Shown here piece after piece: positions 57,824 to 64,000 of a stretch of DNA of 64,000 nucleotides. The position numbers were made by a program, and so were the translations under genes. Each line of letters begins with the position of its first letter. Positions within the stretch are counted from its first letter, which is position 1. The stretch is from a virus (lineage: Duplodnaviria; Heunggongvirae; Uroviricota; Caudoviricetes). The stretch lies in IMG/VR virus record IMGVR_UViG_3300030047_000010, one strand, 5' to 3'. The notes below the pieces were generated by a model. It was not told where the DNA came from and ran no database searches. It saw only the letters and a list, made by a program, of their open reading frames with translations.

Positions 57824-57942
57824 AGCCTCCTAAGTTAAAGATCTTTATAGTCAGAAAGAATATCAATGCTGCGCCTTTATTTGAAACTATAGCAACGGCA
57901 GCATCAATATTAGCTTTTTGCTGATTACTAACACCAGAGCAG

Positions 57943-58266
57943 CTACGAACCCTTTGGAACGTTTGCTTGCGCTTCCTTAGCTGCAACTTTTTCAGCATAC
58001 TGATCGAACAGGACATTCAACTCAGCCATAGCCACGATCAGGGTATGCTTTGGATTCTGTGAAGCAACAATTCTAAGGTAGGCGACTACAGAACGCCATG
58101 CCAGAGACTCTGTAAGGACGAAAGGCAGCTTCGTAACACGAACCTTTGACACACCACAGGCACATACTTGATGCGTATGCACCTCCGGGTACCAGTACTT
58201 ATCTACATGCTGAGTAACAGTAGCACCAGTCACAGAGGATGCGCTGAAAGAATGAATGTGAAACAT
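57943..58266 (-). CDS. Hypothetical protein, 107 aa
   Basis: ORF. Confidence 0.4.
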   Translation of the reverse strand: MFHIHSFSASSVTGATVTQHVDKYWYPEVHTHQVCACGVSKVRVTKLPFVLTESLAWRSVVAYLRIVASQNPKHTLIVAMAELNVLFDQYAEKVAAKEAQANVPKGS

Positions 58267-58288
58267 AAACGTGTACTCCTTTTAGGAT

Positions 58289-58606
58289 TCAGTTGTTACG
58301 CAAAGCCAGCTCACAACGCAACTCTCTCTCCAAGTCAGGAAGTTGACTCTTCTGTGACATAGAACGAGCATACGTATGTGAATTCTTAAACTCAACAGGA
58401 CGCTTCAGATCCGCAATCATCTGCGTAAGGTGATCTACAAGATCCCAGTGTACTGTGATTGTTACGCCGGAAAGAGTCAAACTCCCTTCCTCGTAGCGTG
58501 CTTTCTGCCAGCAACGAAGCTGCCCATTCCACTGCCACCCCGTCGCCAATAGAATCTGACGGTGGGGATAAGTATTTCCAGTTGCAGAAGCAGGTCCGAT
58601 TTTCAT
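58289..58606 (-). CDS. Hypothetical protein, about 105 aa (MKIGPASATG…), leaderless
   Basis: ATG 6 nt after the -10 of promoter copy B. Confidence 0.45.
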   Translation of the reverse strand: MKIGPASATGNTYPHRQILLATGWQWNGQLRCWQKARYEEGSLTLSGVTITVHWDLVDHLTQMIADLKRPVEFKNSHTYARSMSQKSQLPDLERELRCELALRNN

Positions 58607-58612
58607 AAACAC

Positions 58613-58641
58613 AATATACATTAATTTTGTATGAATGTCAA
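58613..58641 (-). promoter_or_regulatory. Conserved promoter element, copy B: TTGACAttcatacaaaattaatgTATATT
   Basis: Seen directly. Confidence 0.65.
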
Positions 58642-58648
58642 TAGTATC

Positions 58649-58834
58649 TCACAGATATTTAAGAATATCTGCAGGAACATCAAAAGTATACTTTGCCATT
58701 ACTTCCGGGCAATGTTTAGCCATCCAATAAGGGCGATTTTCAGCTATCCAAGCAGGACGATTCTTAGCCATCCAATCAGGATTATGCTGAGCAATCTTCT
58801 TGCATTGAGCGTCTGTTAGTTCAGTGATCTTCAT
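58649..58834 (-). CDS. Small protein, 61 aa, with four tandem 8-residue repeats (NPDWMAKN/RPAWIAEN/RPYWMAKH/CPEVMAKY)
   Basis: ORF with AGGA RBS and promoter copy C upstream. Confidence 0.45.
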   Translation of the reverse strand: MKITELTDAQCKKIAQHNPDWMAKNRPAWIAENRPYWMAKHCPEVMAKYTFDVPADILKYL

Positions 58835-58866
58835 TTGTAATCCTTGCTATTGAGGTGACAAGAACA

Positions 58867-58895
58867 AATATACATTAATTTTGTATGCTTGTCAA
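58867..58895 (-). promoter_or_regulatory. Conserved promoter element, copy C: TTGACAagcatacaaaattaatgTATATTtgttcttgtcacctcaa
   Basis: Seen directly. Confidence 0.7.
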
Positions 58896-58959
58896 CAGGA
58901 AGAGCACAAAAAAGGCTAACCGAAATTAGCCTTAGAGTAATACAGCGATTAATTCTAAC

Positions 58960-59739
58960 TTACTTCATCTCTTTAACAAACTCACGAGCGTGCTCGGGAC
59001 CATAAACCTGCTTAAAGTAGTCAAACACAACCTTACGCTGCTCTTCAGCACTCTTTGGGCTTAGTTCAACAACCTTGATAACAGATTCAGCATCAACAAT
59101 CAGGGACTGATCATCAGACGAAATAGTAACCTTGCTGTCAGTCTTAGACTTGACAACACCTACACGCAGAATACCGTTACCGATAAATTCAACAGTATCA
59201 CCTACATTGAACTCAACAGAACCCGTAGCTACACTAGCAAAACTGCAAGAAGCAGATACAACATGCTTTCCACGGGCGGCTTTAAGTATAGAACCAATAT
59301 CTTCATCACGTACACACTCAAGATAATCATGACCGTTATCGGCCTTGATTTCCCAAGTCTCTCCTAGAGTAGTATCCAAGAACATAGTAGAGGATAAAGC
59401 CTCCATCTGCTTGCTCTCTTCAGCGGGCAAACGCTTGCTCATCAAGACACCAGCAACAGTAACTGCATGCTGAAAACCCTTCTCGTGGTACTGAACTGAA
59501 GCCAACTTGGGATCCACTTCACCGTCAAACTTAGCCAGCACAAAACTGCTAACCTGATTCAGAGATGGGCGACCTAAGCTACGATCATAACCAATCATAA
59601 CCTTAGCCTCCGAACGATTCAGAGGAAGAGCATCAGCGAAGTACATATCTCCACGATAGCCCAGCTTCTGCTTCTGATCATTTGCGAGCGACTTGCCGAT
59701 AGCCAGCCCGATGTTATTATTGAACATTGACATTCCCAT
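58960..59739 (-). CDS. Hypothetical virion-type protein, 259 aa
   Basis: ORF. Confidence 0.5.
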   Translation of the reverse strand: MGMSMFNNNIGLAIGKSLANDQKQKLGYRGDMYFADALPLNRSEAKVMIGYDRSLGRPSLNQVSSFVLAKFDGEVDPKLASVQYHEKGFQHAVTVAGVLMSKRLPAEESKQMEALSSTMFLDTTLGETWEIKADNGHDYLECVRDEDIGSILKAARGKHVVSASCSFASVATGSVEFNVGDTVEFIGNGILRVGVVKSKTDSKVTISSDDQSLIVDAESVIKVVELSPKSAEEQRKVVFDYFKQVYGPEHAREFVKEMK

Positions 59740-59778
59740 TGTAATTTCCTTTGTTTAGTGTATCTAGGTGGTTAGGGG

Positions 59779-60414
59779 TTAGCCGACAGCCGTTAAGGGG
59801 TTACTACCAGCAGAGAAGATTGTATCTACGCCAGGTAGCAGAAGCTTAGGCATATGAGCAAAGTCTGCGTTAACAGATACAATACCATCACCGTCTGCTG
59901 ATATATCCTGTCGTGAATATGACTGGCACCAAGCATTTGGATATACCCAGCAACGATACAGCTTATTACCTTTATACAGGAATTCATAGAAATCCACAGG
60001 GAACTGCTGATCCATCAGATCACGCCAAGGCTCCGAGTAACCAAGAACAATTTCCAGCTCATTATTCCAAACTTCAATCCTAGACATGCTGATCGTATAG
60101 CCGTCAGCCTTGCCGGGAATGATATCCACAGGACGACCCCAGTCTGTCTTGGATATCTCACTTTTGTGTGTAACCTGACGTGTCATACCTTGTGGATTCC
60201 ACGACTGCACACGTCCAATTTCCGTTGTAGTGCCACCTGGAGGCGTTACTGCAATAGACATACCATGATAAACCATGGTTGTTGGCTGATAGGGGGCGTG
60301 TGTAGAGTCCCACGAAAAATGACCATTATCACTATTAATTATAGAATTATCGGTCTGGATACCTGTATTTCCGTACCCAAGACCTCCTGTAAGATTACTG
60401 TAGCTACCGCTCAT
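59779..60414 (-). CDS. Hypothetical virion-type protein, 211 aa (possible tail tube or sheath partner)
   Basis: ORF downstream of the sheath-like gene. Confidence 0.45.
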   Translation of the reverse strand: MSGSYSNLTGGLGYGNTGIQTDNSIINSDNGHFSWDSTHAPYQPTTMVYHGMSIAVTPPGGTTTEIGRVQSWNPQGMTRQVTHKSEISKTDWGRPVDIIPGKADGYTISMSRIEVWNNELEIVLGYSEPWRDLMDQQFPVDFYEFLYKGNKLYRCWVYPNAWCQSYSRQDISADGDGIVSVNADFAHMPKLLLPGVDTIFSAGSNPLTAVG

Positions 60415-60437
60415 AGAGTTTACCTCAGTTCTGATGT

Positions 60438-60926
60438 TTAATTGTGATTAGATGAATCACTGAGCTTGTCTTGTACGTCAGCACGCGGCTTACGGACATA
60501 AGCTCCAATCAATGAAGATTCCGAAACAACCTGATCCAAACCCAAAGAGCGGTAATCACCCAAAGAGATCTTATAGGACCAAATTGGATGATTACCAGGA
60601 AGAACTACCCGGAGAAAATTCCCAGCAGCCTCATCAAGACTCGGAAGCAATGCATACTTCGGGGATTTCTGCAAATTCTCAATAAAAGAGATAAGCAAAT
60701 CTTTCTGCTCTTGCTCAGTTAAGCCCGCTTGCTTTGGATACAAATAAGCAGACTTAACTTTCTCACGAACATACTTGGGTTTAACAAGTTTGTTCAAACG
60801 AGAAGTAAGCAAATCATCAACGTCAACACCTGCTTTAGCAGCCAGATCTGTTGCCATATCCATATAACCGGACTTGGCAAGAGCTGCTGTAATTTCAAAC
60901 AGAGTTGGTCGTCTAATTACTTTCAC
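60438..60926 (-). CDS. Hypothetical protein, 162 aa (GTG start)
   Basis: ORF; AGGA RBS. Confidence 0.45.
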   Translation of the reverse strand: MKVIRRPTLFEITAALAKSGYMDMATDLAAKAGVDVDDLLTSRLNKLVKPKYVREKVKSAYLYPKQAGLTEQEQKDLLISFIENLQKSPKYALLPSLDEAAGNFLRVVLPGNHPIWSYKISLGDYRSLGLDQVVSESSLIGAYVRKPRADVQDKLSDSSNHN

Positions 60927-60979
60927 GGAGTCCTACTTTGAGTATAAATCGGTGTGATCTGTGAATTTCAAAACTTCAC

Positions 60980-63900
60980 TTACGACGCAGAGGAGGTAAA
61001 GAGATTTTTGTTTACGGAATACATACCGTACAGTCTCTTGATCACAGTGCGCGAGTAGATGACGTAGAAGAAATTGTAAAGAGTTGGATCCGACGAATCC
61101 ACATAGACTAAAATATCAGCAGACGAGATAGCACGAGGTGATCCATCCGATGTCTGGTAGGGAGCAATGAGTCCCTGGGACACTAAACCGGAAAGGATAG
61201 TTACCAACTTAGTCCGAACCAGAGCTACACCAGATTCCGGTGTATCGGCAACAACACCAACAAGACCAGCATCCATCTCTCTACGAACAACACGCTCAGC
61301 ATCCAACTTAGTACCAGTAGCAAGCAAGCTCTGGAAAGTAGCATCGGAATTATCAATAGTGATATCTTCCATGAACTGATAAACACCCGCCCCATTAGGC
61401 TTCAACCAGATGATGCTTGCGGCACCAAGAGTGTTGTTATCGGTATCCGAATAGGTATCAATGGTATCAAAGCCAAGAAGATTTTTCTTCAATAGCGTTG
61501 TAGAGTTATTCGGACGAGCAGCCCAAAGAGCACAAGCAGCACCATTGATGAATGAACCATCCAACGTTACCGAAGTATCTGTTCCATCGTACAGAGTTAT
61601 CGTCATGGTAGCCTTAGTGTGACCTATCATTACACGACGACCGTGTGTTAGCGCGGACCCGTAGCTCTTCAACGTGTTCTGGGCATAATACACAAGGGTA
61701 CCTACTGTATTGGAATCTCCAACAGCAGTTCCAATAGGGAATCCGTACCAGGTGATATGCTCACGCTTCTCAAATGGATCCTGACCCTTCTCATCAAAAG
61801 CCATAATCTTACTTAAGAAGGATGACAAACCGATAGGGGTAACCTCAGTAATGCCTGATACAGATGCGGCTGCTTCCAAAGCGTTGGTCACGTCATCTGT
61901 ACTGATCACACCATCATCATCCGAATCTTGAATCTGAATGAAGCCTACCTTAACCGGCGTATAGGACTGAGACCAAGCCAGCTCATTCATGATTGCCAAG
62001 TTATTACTGGCAGTCATGGGGGCCAGAGCATCACGAGCATCTTCATAAGTAGAATACGTAAGAAGCGTATTATACTTACTAGCAGGTCTCTTGTAGTTGC
62101 CAGAGATGTAGTAAGTTGATCCTAGAGAAGGCTCTGAACCGACAGATACATAATTGAAAACTAGGGTACCACTGATTGACGCAGTAGACGTTGCTGTCAA
62201 CAGAATCTGATTTCCAGACAATGTATAATCGGCAAAAGTTACTCCACTCATAGTAGCTTTGACACCATACTTTGTTACTGGTGTGGACTCCAAAGCAATA
62301 TATAGAGCACCAATAGATCCTGTCACGGCACCACTACGATCAACTAAAATGTCATCAGCAGTAAAAGACTCAGATACTTTAGTATCCAAATCCCAATAGA
62401 TGACCTCATTGTTCACAAACTTAGTTGTGAACTTATCACCTACTGCGAATCGGTTAGCACCAGACACCGTCGGGATTGTATTACGTGCAGCATAGGTAAG
62501 CTGGCCAGGTAGAGAGAAGTAACCGTAGCTGGATGTAGCCGCAGTAACACTCCCAAAGCCACCCTCGGGAGTAGACGACGAATAGGTAAACGCTACATAA
62601 CCGTTATCCGTTGTAACACCACTACCAGTAAGTCCAACCTGAGACACAGTAAATTCTACAGTTCGGCTATCATAAGCAGTAGGAAACTTACGAGGAGCCT
62701 TAACCGTGAATGTGTATACATCACCAACAGCGTAGTTCTCCTTACCACCAGCAAATCCTGTTGTGGCTAGATGTGTACTTGTTGTAGTGATCGCTGTATT
62801 GTAAGCATTAGACGAGCCTGTGCCTGTCTTATCGTTTACCAATGTAACGGTACTTCCGGACAGCGAAGCAGTTATTGCTAGAGCTGTAGTAGCAGCATTC
62901 ACAGTAGCTACTAGATTAGCAGCGGTTGTTGCAATAGAACTACCAATCAGAACAGCCGTATGACCAGAAGTAACTGTTCCTGTCGTGCTGAACTCAAAAA
63001 CATGAGCTGACTCACCCAAGCCATCGGTAACAGTCAGAAGATCTGCAACAGCAGGTTGGGAATGAAAAACGACAGATCCGGCAGCATGAGAAGCAATGGC
63101 CTGACTCAGCTTCACCTTGATACCACGAACAAGAGTAAACTCCTTAGTTGCTTTATCTGTTTCAGCAACCGTGAATGTACCACCTGCAAAGATATCACCA
63201 CCAACACCCCAAGCAAATGTCAGGTGATCGGGTGCATCAGCAGCAACAACACCGCCAGACATTCCAGCCAAAGTAACATTAGAAAGAGTGCTGACTGCTG
63301 TGATTGCCACATTCCCGACAGAACTAGCCGAAGCATTATCAACAACGCTAGAAAGAATTGTTACAACAGAAGAAGTCTTACTCAGAGTAAGAGATCTACC
63401 ATAAGCATGAGCAACAGTTACGGTTACATCTGTATGGGCCACTAAGTAAGACACCTCAGCACTTAGCTTTGCTGCCAAATTAGCAACAGTAGCTGCTACG
63501 GTAGTACCGATAGCTACATCTGTAGCTCCTGTAGCATCCGCAAGAGCACGGAAGGTAAACACGTTGGTTGTGGATCCCAAAGCAACAGTTACCGTGTCAG
63601 CAGCCGTTGGAAGAGCGGTCAACGTAAACTGAGCACCATAGGTAAGATGCACTAAACCTACAGTAGAATCATCTGAAGTAGCGACCATGCCCAAAGCGGT
63701 GCTTGCACTATTAAGCGCAGAGATCAACGCTGTGGTAGTTGCACTAAGATTAACCGAGGCATCTGTTCCGTTTGTGGGCTGCGTAAGAATAACAGCAGCC
63801 GATCCTGTATAGGAATTAGCAGCGTTACCAATTGTTCCAGCAACTTTATTAGTAAGTGTGATCTTACCATAAGTAGAGGACACATCATTAGCAGCCGTTA

Positions 63901-64000
63901 GGCGCACAGCCGAGCTATTGATAGCAGATGCTAAATTAGCAGCCGTTAGCAGAGATGTTGTATCAATTACAACACGAATAGCACTACGGTTTGTCAAGTT
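60980..64000 (-). CDS. Giant T/S/A/G/V-rich structural protein, 1005 aa or more; the N-terminus probably lies beyond the right edge. The C-terminal ~330 aa resemble a contractile tail-sheath C-domain; the rest looks like Ig-like or fibre-like insertions.
   Basis: ORF open to the window edge, with only a TTG at 63997. GAACALWAARP… resembles the sheath xSGxxAGxYARxD region. Assignment is tentative. Confidence 0.45.
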   Translation of the reverse strand, partial: NLTNRSAIRVVIDTTSLLTAANLASAINSSAVRLTAANDVSSTYGKITLTNKVAGTIGNAANSYTGSAAVILTQPTNGTDASVNLSATTTALISALNSASTALGMVATSDDSTVGLVHLTYGAQFTLTALPTAADTVTVALGSTTNVFTFRALADATGATDVAIGTTVAATVANLAAKLSAEVSYLVAHTDVTVTVAHAYGRSLTLSKTSSVVTILSSVVDNASASSVGNVAITAVSTLSNVTLAGMSGGVVAADAPDHLTFAWGVGGDIFAGGTFTVAETDKATKEFTLVRGIKVKLSQAIASHAAGSVVFHSQPAVADLLTVTDGLGESAHVFEFSTTGTVTSGHTAVLIGSSIATTAANLVATVNAATTALAITASLSGSTVTLVNDKTGTGSSNAYNTAITTTSTHLATTGFAGGKENYAVGDVYTFTVKAPRKFPTAYDSRTVEFTVSQVGLTGSGVTTDNGYVAFTYSSSTPEGGFGSVTAATSSYGYFSLPGQLTYAARNTIPTVSGANRFAVGDKFTTKFVNNEVIYWDLDTKVSESFTADDILVDRSGAVTGSIGALYIALESTPVTKYGVKATMSGVTFADYTLSGNQILLTATSTASISGTLVFNYVSVGSEPSLGSTYYISGNYKRPASKYNTLLTYSTYEDARDALAPMTASNNLAIMNELAWSQSYTPVKVGFIQIQDSDDDGVISTDDVTNALEAAASVSGITEVTPIGLSSFLSKIMAFDEKGQDPFEKREHITWYGFPIGTAVGDSNTVGTLVYYAQNTLKSYGSALTHGRRVMIGHTKATMTITLYDGTDTSVTLDGSFINGAACALWAARPNNSTTLLKKNLLGFDTIDTYSDTDNNTLGAASIIWLKPNGAGVYQFMEDITIDNSDATFQSLLATGTKLDAERVVRREMDAGLVGVVADTPESGVALVRTKLVTILSGLVSQGLIAPYQTSDGSPRAISSADILVYVDSSDPTLYNFFYVIYSRTVIKRLYGMYSVNKNLFTSSAS

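Noticed and set aside
57501-58900. Repeated ~45-bp elements separated by ~0.3-1 kb that could be mistaken for a CRISPR-like array or a mobile-element terminal repeat
   Set aside because: There are only three copies and the spacing is irregular. Each contains an exact -35/-10 promoter pair and precedes an ORF start. They are promoters, not CRISPR repeats or inverted terminal repeats.
1-64000. Looked for integrase, attachment-site repeats, transposase or IS ends that would mark a prophage boundary or mobile element
   Set aside because: No tyrosine or serine recombinase, DDE motifs, or flanking direct repeats were recognised in this window. Whether the sequence is a free phage or a prophage cannot be decided from this sequence alone.

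Overview
This is a dense, almost entirely minus-strand-coded 64-kb segment that reads like part of a large tailed dsDNA bacteriophage or prophage genome. Supporting calls: a terminase large subunit (ATPase plus RNaseH-like nuclease motifs), a portal-sized protein, a tape-measure-like coiled-coil giant protein, and sheath/fibre-like T/S/A-rich giant proteins. Genes form translationally coupled chains with TAATG and ATGA overlaps. Transcription signals are host sigma70-type: TTGACA-N17-TATATT promoters, several sharing an extended conserved spacer, three placed for leaderless mRNAs, plus hairpin-and-U-run intrinsic terminators.

Accessory content of interest:
- A tandem array of four giant paralogous proteins (599, 1176, 1282 and 1269 aa) sharing an N-terminal GS/GCS2-like carboxylate-amine ligase ('amidoligase') domain, preceded by a coupled 45-aa acidic ORF.
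- A nucleotide-signalling island: a plus-strand small-alarmone-hydrolase HD gene and membrane peptide, then on the minus strand a SLOG/DUF2493-like protein, a BCS1-like AAA+ ATPase, a stand-alone CheY-like receiver, and an SPFH/band-7 protein with a small membrane partner.
- Elsewhere: an ADP-ribosyl-glycohydrolase, a T4 endonuclease-V-like pyrimidine-dimer glycosylase in an AT-rich patch, a radical-SAM enzyme, Cys-rich lipoproteins, and a gene whose promoter spacer is a (TA)9 tract and whose 5' end encodes (Asn-Thr)6 from a hexanucleotide repeat.

No rRNA, tRNA or CRISPR array was recognised. Both window edges cut through genes.
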